A stretch of 32,000 nt of DNA, taken from assembly GCA_021044545.1 (NCBI GenBank), contig CP087990.1, forward strand, positions 2,071,038 through 2,103,037, written 5' to 3'. This document shows positions 23,235 through 32,000 of this stretch, in pieces. Positions within the stretch are counted from its first letter, which is position 1; each line of letters opens with the position of its first letter. The stretch is from Comamonadaceae bacterium M7527 (lineage in GTDB: Bacteria > Pseudomonadota > Gammaproteobacteria > Burkholderiales > Burkholderiaceae_C). The translations under genes were made by a program, and so were the position numbers. The notes beneath the pieces were generated by a model. The model had not been told where the DNA came from. It worked only from the letters and a program-made list of their open reading frames with translations, and ran no database searches.

Positions 23235-25292
23235 TCAAGTTGCGTCAGCCGCATCCGCCGTGCGTTGGGCTTTGGCCGCAAACTCGGCGCGCAGTGCGCG
23301 TAGTTTTTCTCGCGGGTCTTCGCGTACGGTGGCTTGGTCCAATGCCATCTCGGCAATAAAACGGCTGGGCTTGCCCGCAACGGTTTCGCGCCCTTTTTTG
23401 CGGCGCATCAGCCAGCTCACCGCCAGTGTGCGCTGCGCCCGCGTGATGCCTACGTACATCAAGCGGCGTTCTTCTTGCAAGCGCAGTGCCAAGGCGTCAG
23501 GCGTGAGGCTGTCGTCGTCTGTTTTAAACGGCAGCAAGCCTTCGTTAACACCCGCCAGCACCACGTGCGGCCACTCCAGGCCTTTGGCGGCATGCAGCGT
23601 TGACAGCGTGACCATGTCCTGGTCTTTTTCTCGCTCGGAAATAGTCGACAGCAGGGCAATGGTTTGCACCACCTCAAGCAGCGTTTTGGTGTCGCTGCCC
23701 ATTGTTACGCCTGCCGTGTCGTCCAGTTCACCGCCACAGCGCTGGGCCATCCAGTCTATGAAGTCCAGCACGTTGCTCCAGCGCGTGGCAGCGGCTTTTT
23801 CGTTGTCTTCGCCTTCTAGCAAATACTGCTCGTAGCCAATGTCTTTGAGCCACTCCATCAAAAACGCTTTGGCGTCTTCTTTGCCCAAGGTTTGGCGCGC
23901 GCGGTACTCCAGGTCGTTGATGTAGCGGCCAAACTCATGCAGGCCAGCCACCGCGCGCGCGGGTAAGGCGCTACCTATAGAGTTGGCAAACAAGGCCTCA
24001 AACAAGCTGAACTTGTGGCTGGTGGCAAACTGCCCCAGTTGGGCCAAGCTTTGGTGACCAATGCCGCGCTTGGGTGTGGTGATGGCGCGCAAAAAGGCGG
24101 GGTCGTCGTCGTTGTTGACCAGCAAGCGCAGCCAGGCACACAAGTCTTTGATTTCTGCGCGGTCAAAAAAGCTTTGTCCACCAGATACCTTGTACGGAAT
24201 TTGCGCTTTGCGCAGTGCCTTCTCCAGCACACGGGCTTGGTGGTTGGCGCGGTACAAAATGGCAAAGTCTTTAAACGCCTTGTGTTGCGAACTTGAGCGC
24301 AGGCTTTGGATACGCGCCACGGCGCGCTCGGCTTCGTGGTCTTCGGCGTCGCAGGCAATCACGCGCACCGGCTCGCCATCGCCCAGGTCACTCCACAGTG
24401 TTTTGGGGTAGAGCTTGGGGTTGGGCCCTATGACGTTGTTGGCCGCGTTCAAAATGGCTGAGGTGGAGCGGTAGTTTTGTTCCAGCTTGATAACCCGCAG
24501 CGCCGGAAAGTCCACAGGCAGCTTTTTCAGGTTGTCCAGCGTGGCACCGCGCCAGCCGTAAATCGACTGGTCGTCGTCGCCTACAGCGGTGAGGCGTGCG
24601 CGCTCGCCCACGAGTAGTTTCAGCAACTCGTATTGCGTGGCATTGGTGTCCTGGTACTCGTCTACCAGTACGTGGCCCAGCTGCTGCTGGTAGTGTTGGC
24701 GCACCACCTCATGGTTGTTGAGTAGTTTTAGTGGCAGGCTGATGAGGTCGTCAAAGTCAACGCTTTGGTAGGCGGCCAAGCGCTCTTCGTAGCGCGCCAT
24801 GATGGTGGCGGCCACGCGCTGGTCTTCGTCTGCCGCTACTGCCAGGGCCTGCTCGGCGTTCAAGCCTGCGTTTTTCCAGGCACTGATGGTCCATTGCCAT
24901 TGGCGGGCTGTTGCGAGGTCTGTAGAGCCGCCGCAGTCTTTCATTATTTTGGTGACGTCGTCACTGTCCAAAATGGAAAACTGCTCTTTAAGCCCGACAT
25001 AGCTGCCAAACTGGCGCAACATGCGCACACCCAGCGCGTGGAATGTGCATATCAGAACATCGCCAGCGGCTTTGCCCGCCAGTTGCCTGGCGCGCTCACG
25101 CATCTCGGCGGCGGCCTTGTTGGTAAATGTAATGGCTGCGATGTGACTGGCACCCAGCCCGCCCTCCAGCAAGTAGGCGATTTTGTGCGTAATCACCCGC
25201 GTCTTGCCCGAGCCCGCCCCTGCCAGTACAAGGCTGGGCCCGCTCACGTGGTGAACGGCTTCTAACTGAGCGGTATTGAGGCCTGCGGACAT
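23235..25292 (-). CDS. rep: Rep/UvrD-family SF1 DNA helicase, 685 aa from the ATG at 25292
   Basis: MSAGLNTAQLEAVHHVSGPSLVLAGAGSGKTRVITHKIAYLL parallels the E. coli Rep N-terminus. Also VDEYQDTN, TFHALG, TLHAAKGLEW and VGITRA motifs. Rep versus UvrD cannot be settled by eye. Confidence 0.8.
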   Translation of the reverse strand: MSAGLNTAQLEAVHHVSGPSLVLAGAGSGKTRVITHKIAYLLEGGLGASHIAAITFTNKAAAEMRERARQLAGKAAGDVLICTFHALGVRMLRQFGSYVGLKEQFSILDSDDVTKIMKDCGGSTDLATARQWQWTISAWKNAGLNAEQALAVAADEDQRVAATIMARYEERLAAYQSVDFDDLISLPLKLLNNHEVVRQHYQQQLGHVLVDEYQDTNATQYELLKLLVGERARLTAVGDDDQSIYGWRGATLDNLKKLPVDFPALRVIKLEQNYRSTSAILNAANNVIGPNPKLYPKTLWSDLGDGEPVRVIACDAEDHEAERAVARIQSLRSSSQHKAFKDFAILYRANHQARVLEKALRKAQIPYKVSGGQSFFDRAEIKDLCAWLRLLVNNDDDPAFLRAITTPKRGIGHQSLAQLGQFATSHKFSLFEALFANSIGSALPARAVAGLHEFGRYINDLEYRARQTLGKEDAKAFLMEWLKDIGYEQYLLEGEDNEKAAATRWSNVLDFIDWMAQRCGGELDDTAGVTMGSDTKTLLEVVQTIALLSTISEREKDQDMVTLSTLHAAKGLEWPHVVLAGVNEGLLPFKTDDDSLTPDALALRLQEERRLMYVGITRAQRTLAVSWLMRRKKGRETVAGKPSRFIAEMALDQATVREDPREKLRALRAEFAAKAQRTADAADAT

Positions 25293-25406
25293 AAATGAGA
25301 CGGGAGTAAGGCCAGTGTTTGGCAAAGCCTTTGATGATAACGGGTGGGGCACCTCGTTGACAGCCTGGTACAGCGCGCGCTGCAATACCCTGCCAAAATA
25401 CCGGCC

Positions 25407-26360
25407 ATGCTCAACGTCTTACTTGTCACATTTCCGTTTTTTGCCTTGGTGCTGGCAGGCTTTATGGCCACTTACAAAGGGTGGCTGGCACTGCCCGCCA
25501 TTCCCGGCATGAACGGTTTTGTGCTGTATTTCGCCTTGCCGTGCATGTTGTACCGTTTTGGTGCCACCACACCCATTGCGCAGCTGTTCAACCCCGTTGT
25601 GTTTGGCCTGTATTTAAGCGTGGCCTTGGTGATGGTGGCACTGGCCATTGCCATTACCAAGCGCGGCGGCATGGGCTGGAACGATGCCTCGCTGGGCGCC
25701 TTGGTAGCGGCGTTTCCCAACACGGGTTTCATGGGTGTGCCGTTGTTGGCGACTATTTTGGGGGCGGCCAGTGCGGGCCCGGTGATTGCCACCATTCTCA
25801 TAGACATGGTGATCACCAGTTCGTTGTGCGTGGCCTTGTCACGGCTGGATGGTGCGGGCGTGGCAGGCGCAGGGCGTGCGGCCAAGCAAGCGCTAAAAGG
25901 CGTTGCCAGCAACCCTATGCCGTGGGCTATTTTGTTGGGTGCGCTGGCCAGTGCCTATCAAATTGAATTGCCCAAGCCCGTTGATCAAACCGTGCAATTG
26001 CTGGCCAATGCCGCATCGCCAGTGGCCTTGTTCACCATAGGTGCGGTATTGGCCCGCTCACAAATGACCAGCGCTCACCCCATGCCCTTGTCGCACTACG
26101 CACCAGTCGCTGGGTTAAAGCTGTTGGTGCACCCAGCGCTGATATTACTGGGTGGCGTTACAGCCCGCGCGCTGGGCCTGGAGTTGGATGGATTTACGCT
26201 GACTTGCTTGCTGCTGGTGGCCTCATTGCCCAGCGCCAGCAACGTGTCGTTACTGGCCGAGCGTTTTGGCGCAGACAATGGACGCATTGCCCGCATTATT
26301 TTGGTCACCACGACGGTGTCGTTTGTGAGCTTCTCCGCGATGGTGAGCTGGCGGGTTTAA
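25407..26360 (+). CDS. AEC (auxin efflux carrier) family permease, 317 aa from the ATG at 25407
   Basis: About 10 hydrophobic segments. N-terminus MLNVLLVTFPFFALVLAGF and LPCMLY..., typical of AEC/MdcF-like transporters. Confidence 0.7.
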   Translation: MLNVLLVTFPFFALVLAGFMATYKGWLALPAIPGMNGFVLYFALPCMLYRFGATTPIAQLFNPVVFGLYLSVALVMVALAIAITKRGGMGWNDASLGALVAAFPNTGFMGVPLLATILGAASAGPVIATILIDMVITSSLCVALSRLDGAGVAGAGRAAKQALKGVASNPMPWAILLGALASAYQIELPKPVDQTVQLLANAASPVALFTIGAVLARSQMTSAHPMPLSHYAPVAGLKLLVHPALILLGGVTARALGLELDGFTLTCLLLVASLPSASNVSLLAERFGADNGRIARIILVTTTVSFVSFSAMVSWRV

Positions 26361-26460
26361 AGAGGCTGTCGCAGCAGACCCAATGTGTTGTGCGCGGTGG
26401 TGCAAGGTGTGACACAGCTGTTGGGCTGGAGTCTGGCCAATGATTGCACGCCACCACCCA

Positions 26461-28567
26461 TCAAATCGTGAGCGGATCCACATCAATTGCCCAGCGAATA
26501 ATGGCTTTGCCTGCGGGCGTGGTGCGTTGCTGGTGCAAGGTGGCTTGCCATTGCGCTAAAAACTTTTGCAGTGCGGCGCGGTTGGCACATTCCACCAGCA
26601 TTTGTGCGCGCTCTACATTGGCCACGCGTGCAATGGTCAGCGGCACGGCGGGGTAGATGCCCACGCCCATTTGCTCGGCCAGTTCATTGGCGGCGTCTTT
26701 GGCCTGGTTTAAAAACGTTTGTGCAGCTGCCTGGCTTTTGGCGTCTGCGCGCAGCAGCGCTTGCGAGGCAAATGGCGGCAGCATGGCGGATTCGCGCTCA
26801 GTGAGCTCGGTGGTGGCAAAGCCGGGGTAATCGTGCTTGGCCAGGGCCGCAAACAAGGGGTGAGTGGGGTGCCATGTTTGCACCCACAGCTGCGCGCCTT
26901 GCCCACCGTTTTCACCCTGTTGCTGCATAAAAGCCGCGTCGCGGCCCGCTCGGCCAGCGGCTTGCATCAGCAGGGCAAACAAGCGCTCGGGCGCTCTAAA
27001 GTCACTGGCAAACAAAGCGCCGTCTGGGTTGATTGCGGCTACCAGCGTAATGCCTCTAAAGTCATGGCCTTTGGCCACCATTTGTGTGCCCACCAACACG
27101 TCTACCTCGCCCGCATGCATGGCCGCCAGTTGAGCGGTGAGCTCGCCTTTGTTGCGCGTGGTGTCGGCGTCCAGCCTGGCTACCTTTAACGCGTGACCAT
27201 CTGCGCGCAAATGCCTGGCCAGTTTGTCAGCCAGAAGTTCTTCCAGTTGCTCGGTGCCCCGGCCCACTGTCTGTATGTCCACGTTGCCGCAGTCTGGACA
27301 GGCGCGGGGCACGCGCTCTGTCAGGCCGCAGTGGTGGCAGCGCAGTGTGCGGTCTATTTTGTGAAACACGCGGTGTGCGCTGCAATGCGGGCATTGGCTT
27401 TTCCAGCCGCAGTCGCCGCAGCTCAGCACCGGCGCGTAGCCGCGGCGGTTGAGCAGCAGCAGGCTTTGCTCGCCACGTTGGGCACGCTGGGCTATGGCGT
27501 CCAGCAAGCTTTGAGCAATAACGGTTTGCTTGGGCTGCTTGGCCATGTCTACCAGTTGCAACTTGGGCAGGGCTGCGCCGCCTATGCGGCTAGGCATATC
27601 AAGCCGCTGGTAGCGCCCGGTTTGTGCCGCGTGCCAGGTCTCAAGCGAGGGTGTGGCTGAGCCCAGCAGTACTTGGCAGCCTGGCGTGGCATGGGCGCGG
27701 TATACCGCCAAGTCGCGCGCAGAGTAGCGCGCACCCTCTTGGCTTTTGTAGCTGGGGTCGTGCTCTTCGTCCACCACAATGAGGCGCAGCGTGGGCAGGC
27801 TTGCAAACACAGCCATGCGTGTGCCCAACACAATGCGGGCGTGGCCCAGGTGGGCGCTTAGCCAGTTTTGTAAACGTTGCGCAGGCGTGAGGCCACTGTG
27901 CAGTGCTGCTACGCCAAAGTGGGCAAAACGCTGGGCAAAGCGCGCTTCAAGCTGTGGCGTGAGATTGATTTCTGGCACCAGCACCAGCACCTGGGCGTCG
28001 GGTTGCTCAGCCAGCAGCTTGGCCGCAGTCTGCAGGTAAACCTCGGTTTTGCCGCTGCCTGTTGTGCCGAATAGCAGCGTGGGTTGCGTGGCGCCGACAA
28101 TACGCTCAAGCGCCAGCGCCTGCTCGGGGCTGGCAGTTAATGTCGTGCTTGTTGCGGTGGTCAATGCGCCAGCTTGCTCAGGCGTATTGCTTTTGGCATT
28201 GCGCTTTAAGCGTCTGGCCAGTTGTGTGGGGTCTAGCTTGCGCAGCTCTGGTGGCAGGGCCGCCAAGGCCACGCCTGCCTGCGCTGCGCTGGTAATAGCT
28301 GGCGGCAAAGCGCACCAGTTGCAGCCAGTGCGTATCCAGTGGCGGCAAACCGCTTAGTACCTCACTGATGGGTTTGATGTTGGCGGGTGACACACCTTGA
28401 GGCAACTCAGTATCGCAATGGGCCACAATGCCCAGCGTGTCGCGCTTGCCTAGCGGTACCCGCACCAATGTGCCCGGTGTAAGTGCTTGCACACATGCAT
28501 AGCTCAGCGCATGGCCAAGCTGCGAGTGGGCGGGGGTGGCAACAATAACGGCAGGCCAGTGCGCCAT
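26461..28567 (-). pseudogene. priA: Primosomal replication restart helicase PriA, split by a +1 frameshift in the overlap 28178..28308 (or an assembly error)
   Basis: N-terminal ORF ...VRVPLGKRDTLGIV...LVRFAASYYQRSAG, then out of frame. C-terminal ORF ...VALAALPPELRKL..., Walker A LLFGTTGSGKTEVYL, DEEHD, and the Cys-rich zinc region CGDCGWKSQCPHCSAHRVFH...CHHCG...CPDCG. Removing one unit of the tandem GCCT GCCT at 28273..28280 restores a single frame. Confidence 0.8.
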
Positions 28568-28653
28568 GGTTTAGGCAGTATTGCTCATTTAATGTGGCGG
28601 TAAAGTGGCTAAGTGCTTGATTTGGAATGAGACTTCAAGTTGTCCAAAATTTC

Positions 28654-28662
28654 TGTGGATAA
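28654..28662 (-). promoter_or_regulatory. Perfect consensus DnaA box (TTATCCACA on the minus strand) in the hemE-priA spacer
   Basis: tgtggataa read on the plus strand. Only one perfect box is seen. Two 2-mismatch candidates: ttgtccaaa at 28640 and tgtgcacaa at 28841. Confidence 0.35.
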
Positions 28663-28897
28663 CTTTGTTTATAACTGCTTTTGTGACGGTGTATGTCACA
28701 TAAAAACGGGCGTTTGCTTAGATTGCTTAAAAATTAAGCAATTACAAATTCACTTTAAAATCAACAACTTGCGAGATATGCGCTGTCAAAAAACAAGCGA
28801 CGTGATCGCCTCCAAGCCTGATGGCAGCTTGCCCCACTTCTGTGCACAAGTAGGGCAGTTAATCGCCAACGAGACTGTTGCAAGCGCCATTTTTGTG

Positions 28898-29983
28898 CTA
28901 AGCACGCATGGCTTTTGAGTGGCTATGCACCGCCTCTACCAGCGCTGCCACGCTTTCTGGTGGTGTGAACTGGTTAATGCCATGACCCAGGTTGAAAATA
29001 TGGGTGGGGCCAGTGCCCTCGCCGGTGTGTGGCTTGCCAAAACTGTCTAGTACGTCACGGCCCAGCTGTGCCACACGTTCAGGTGCTGCAAACAAAGAGT
29101 TGGGGTCCAGGTTGCCTTGCAAGGCGTGGGTGTTGCCCAGTTTTGCGCGCGCATGGGCCAGGTTGACCGTCCAGTCCATACCCAGCACATCACATGGCAG
29201 TTGGCCCATGTCGTCCAGCCACATGCCGCCGCCCTTGGTAAACACAATGCGTGGAATACGCACACCCTCGTACTCGGTGTGTACCAGCTCTAGCACGCGG
29301 CGGGTGTAGGCCATGCTGAACTGCTGAAACATACCGTCGGCCAACACACCGCCCCAGCTGTCAAAAATCATGGCGGCCTGTGCGCCTGCTTCGATTTGGG
29401 TGTTGAGATACTGCGCCACAGATTGCGCGTTGATGTCCAAGATGCGGTGCATCAGGTCTGGGCGCTGGTACATCAGCGTTTTAACCAGGCGGTAGTCGCT
29501 GGAGCCGCCGCCCTCAACCATGTAGCAAGCCAACGTCCATGGGCTGCCTGAAAAGCCTATCAGCGGTACGCGCCCGTTGAGCGCTTTGCGAATGGATGTC
29601 ACCGCGTCAAATACGTATTGCAGCTTGGCCATGTCTGGCACAGCCAAGGCGTTGACAGCGGCTTCATCGCGCACGGTTTTGGCAAATTTGGGGCCCTCGC
29701 CAATGGCAAAGCTAAGCCCCAGGCCCATGGCGTCTGGCACCGTAAGAATGTCCGAGAACAAAATCGCCGCGTCCAGATCGAAGCGCTCAAGCGGCTGCAG
29801 CGTGACCTCTGTGGCGTAGTCGGTGTTGGTGGCCAAGCCCATAAAACTGCCTGCTTTGGCCCGCGTGTCGCGGTATTCAGATAGGTAGCGCCCAGCTTGG
29901 CGCATGAGCCAAATGGGGGTATGGGTGGTGGACTGGCGCAAGCAAGCGCGTATGAAGGTGTCGTTTTGTAGTGGAGCAAACAT
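28898..29983 (-). CDS. hemE: Uroporphyrinogen decarboxylase, 361 aa
   Basis: N-terminus [32 protein letters not shown] and ...[12 protein letters not shown]..., hallmark HemE motifs. Confidence 0.92.
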   Translation of the reverse strand: MFAPLQNDTFIRACLRQSTTHTPIWLMRQAGRYLSEYRDTRAKAGSFMGLATNTDYATEVTLQPLERFDLDAAILFSDILTVPDAMGLGLSFAIGEGPKFAKTVRDEAAVNALAVPDMAKLQYVFDAVTSIRKALNGRVPLIGFSGSPWTLACYMVEGGGSSDYRLVKTLMYQRPDLMHRILDINAQSVAQYLNTQIEAGAQAAMIFDSWGGVLADGMFQQFSMAYTRRVLELVHTEYEGVRIPRIVFTKGGGMWLDDMGQLPCDVLGMDWTVNLAHARAKLGNTHALQGNLDPNSLFAAPERVAQLGRDVLDSFGKPHTGEGTGPTHIFNLGHGINQFTPPESVAALVEAVHSHSKAMRA

Positions 29984-30052
29984 GGGCTTAATTGTCGCAG
30001 TTTGTTGGGGCTGTTTGGGCGTGGCTTGGCCAGACCGGTGGCAGGCCAGGAA

Positions 30053-32000
30053 TCAGCGGCTCACGGCGGCAATTACCTCGGCAGGGCTTGGTATTTCGGT
30101 GAGCACCACAGGCGCCGCGCCTGCGCGGTAGACCGCATAGGTGGGCACGCCGCTGCGGCCCAAGGCGTTGAGCGCCGCCGTAATAGCAGGGTCGCGCTTG
30201 GTCCAGTCGGCTTGTAGCAAGGCCACGTTATTGGCCTCAAAGGCTTGCAACACGTCGGTGCTGGCCAGTGTGGTGAGCTTATTCACTTGGCAGGTTACGC
30301 ACCACGCGGCGGTGAAGTCTACAAAGACCAGTTGGCCTTGGGCCAGGTGTTGTTCGACGGCGGTGGGCGTCCACGGTTGCCAACCTGCTGCGCTGTTACT
30401 GCTGCTGGTGGTTGACGTAGTTGCGGTGTTTAAGACCGTTGTGGCAGGCGCCCAAAATGCCCAAACGATCACCGCGAGAAGACCTGCAGCGATTGCACGC
30501 CATACCCGTGTTGCCCTGGGGTTTGCGCCTCGTTGCCAAGCCCATACCGCAAAGGCCAGCGCCAGCATGACGAGCAGCAGGGCTGCTGCGCCATTCATGC
30601 TGGTTTGCTGGCCCAGCACCCATACCAGCCACACCACAGTGGCCAGCATGGGGAAGGCCATGAGTGTTTTAAAAGTGGCCATCCAGGGCCCTGGCCGGGG
30701 TAGACGCTTGGCTAGCCCTGGCAGCCAGCTGGCCAGCAAGTAAGGCGCGGCCATGCCCAGGCCCAGTGCGAAACACAGCCAGCGCCTGACCTGTAGGCCA
30801 CACAATGGCCAAGCCCAATGACGCGCCCATAAAGGGTGCCGTGCAAGGCGAGGCCACAGCCGTGGCCAGCACGCCAGACAAAAACGCATCCAGGCTTGGG
30901 TTGTGCGCGCGGGCATTCAATACCCGCTGTGGCAGCAGGTTGCCGAACTCAAACACGCCAAACAAGTTCAGTGCAATCAGCACAAACAACAATGCCAGCG
31001 CGGCCACCACCACTGGGTTTTGCAGTTGAAAACCCCAGCCCAAGGCCTCACCCGCAGCGCGCAGCGACAGCAGCAAACCGCCCAACGCCACAAACGACAA
31101 CACCACACCGGCGGTATAGGCCAGGCCCGAGCGTTTGTGGCTGGCATGGCTTTGGCTGGGCTGTGCAAACGCCAATACTTTCAGCGCCAATACCGGAAAT
31201 ACGCAGGGCATGAGGTTTAGCAACAAGCCGCCTAGCATGGCCGCTGCCAAGGTGAGCACCAGGGTGGTGGCTTCAGCGCCGTTGTTGACCGCTGTATTGG
31301 TGCTTGCTTTGGCGGCAGAGGCATCTAGAGCGCTTTGCAGTGCAGGGCTAACCGCCGCAGGCTGGGCCACCGCTGGCCATGCGCCGTTAAGTGCCACCTG
31401 TACCAGTACGCCCGCATCTGAGGGCTGCTCTTTGATTTGTGCCGCCAGCGCCAATACAGTCGCAACACGCTGGGGCGCGTCTGCCCTGAACGCGTGCTGC
31501 GGCACTTGTGCTGTCCATACGGCCTGGCCATTGTCTGAGCTCCAAGCCTGTGTCCAGGGCGCACCCGGCGCAATAAGGCCTGTGACCTCTGGAAACAACT
31601 CTATTTGTTGGCCCACCCATTGCGCGGGCAGTCCGGCAACACGCCAAGTGGTGTCAGTAGCCGTGGGTATCAGTGTGGCTTGCGCCTCAATCGCCTTGGG
31701 TGCGCGGCTGAATGTGTCGTCAAACAAGGCTTTGTGCTTTGTGAGTGGCGTATGGGTGCCCAGTGCGATGTCAAGCTCGGCGTCTTCGGGAATGCACTCT
31801 GTTTTGCACGCCAGCCAGCTGGCCTCCAGGCGCACGGTGTTGCTGCTGTCCAGTTGGGCGGGCAGCAGCACAGGCGTGGCCAGCAGAACGTGGCCGTCAA
31901 AGCCGTAGTTGGCCAAGGGACCTAGTGGAAATTTTTTGGGCGTAGGCCAGGCCAACTCGCCCGCTTGCCAGCCATTGGGTAACTGCCAGCTTAATGTGGT
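30053..32000 (-). pseudogene. dsbD: Thiol:disulfide interchange protein DsbD (N-terminal domain - CcdA-like TM domain - C-terminal thioredoxin); 5' end outside the window; frameshift near 30766..30776 (or an assembly error)
   Basis: Upstream frame: ...LMPCVFPVLALKV...SPCTAPFMGASLGLAI...GQALAVF. Downstream frame: ALGLGMAAPYLLASWLPGLAKRLPRPGPWM ... FTAAWCVTCQVN (thioredoxin CxxC). The usual AVFLALGLG motif is broken at gtgtttcgcactg. The frame stays open to position 32000. Confidence 0.8.

Noticed and set aside
22049-23380. Long 443-aa version of pldA starting at 23380
   Set aside because: The N-terminal extension overlaps the 3' end of the helicase gene and is Arg/Pro-rich. The ATG at 23221 has a GAGGAGG SD and gives a normal signal peptide.
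28640-28918. 92-aa ORF in the hemE-priA spacer
   Set aside because: AT-rich intergenic composition, Cys-rich odd sequence, overlaps the hemE 3' end, and has no SD.

Overview
The window is a high-GC betaproteobacterial-type chromosome (gene order suggests Burkholderiales/Comamonadaceae; this is inference). It is interrupted at a tRNA-Phe gene by two head-to-tail copies of a lower-GC integrative element of about 8.9 kb.

Layout:
- Left host flank: a DUF4390-like gene, an NtrY-like sensor kinase, an NtrX-like response regulator, and tRNA-Phe (3659..3734).
- Island unit 1: 3735..12654 (8920 bp).
- Island unit 2: 12655..21572 (8918 bp).
- A 45-bp direct repeat equal to the 3' part of tRNA-Phe sits at 3690..3734, 12610..12654 and 21528..21572. 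These act as attL, an internal attP-like junction, and attR.
- Right host flank: a truncated yhaV-like toxin remnant, pldA, a Rep/UvrD-family helicase, an AEC transporter, priA, hemE and dsbD.

Each island unit encodes:
- a 402-aa tyrosine integrase
- a small winged-helix protein
- a 37-aa membrane micropeptide translationally coupled to a 514-aa Wzz/PCP-like two-TM protein
- an operon of a 241-aa unknown protein plus a 235-aa RFC/gp44 clamp-loader-like AAA+ ATPase
- a 258-aa protein with a W-rich xxLRRNxxY motif (FseA/DUF6499-like)
- a second, FimB-sized (190 aa) tyrosine recombinase
- about 0.8-1.3 kb of poorly coding but highly structured DNA
- three small proteins next to the att site

I could not recognise a relaxase, a replication initiator, capsid genes or any known defence system.

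Main observations:
- The two units look identical by eye, except for a patch of about 870 bp covering the att-proximal end and the 5' two-thirds of int. I counted 43 substitutions there by eye, mostly synonymous. There is also one 2-bp indel.
- A 16-17 bp near-palindromic motif, TGTCGTTTNAAACSAC, is dispersed at least six times per unit.
- The island cargo consists of two uncharacterised modules: micropeptide plus Wzz-like protein, and unknown protein plus clamp-loader-like ATPase.
- Three host genes (DUF4390, priA, dsbD) appear frameshifted. This may reflect indel errors in the assembly, so all frameshift and indel calls need read-level confirmation.

All protein family calls rest on motif recognition by eye. 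No searches were run.
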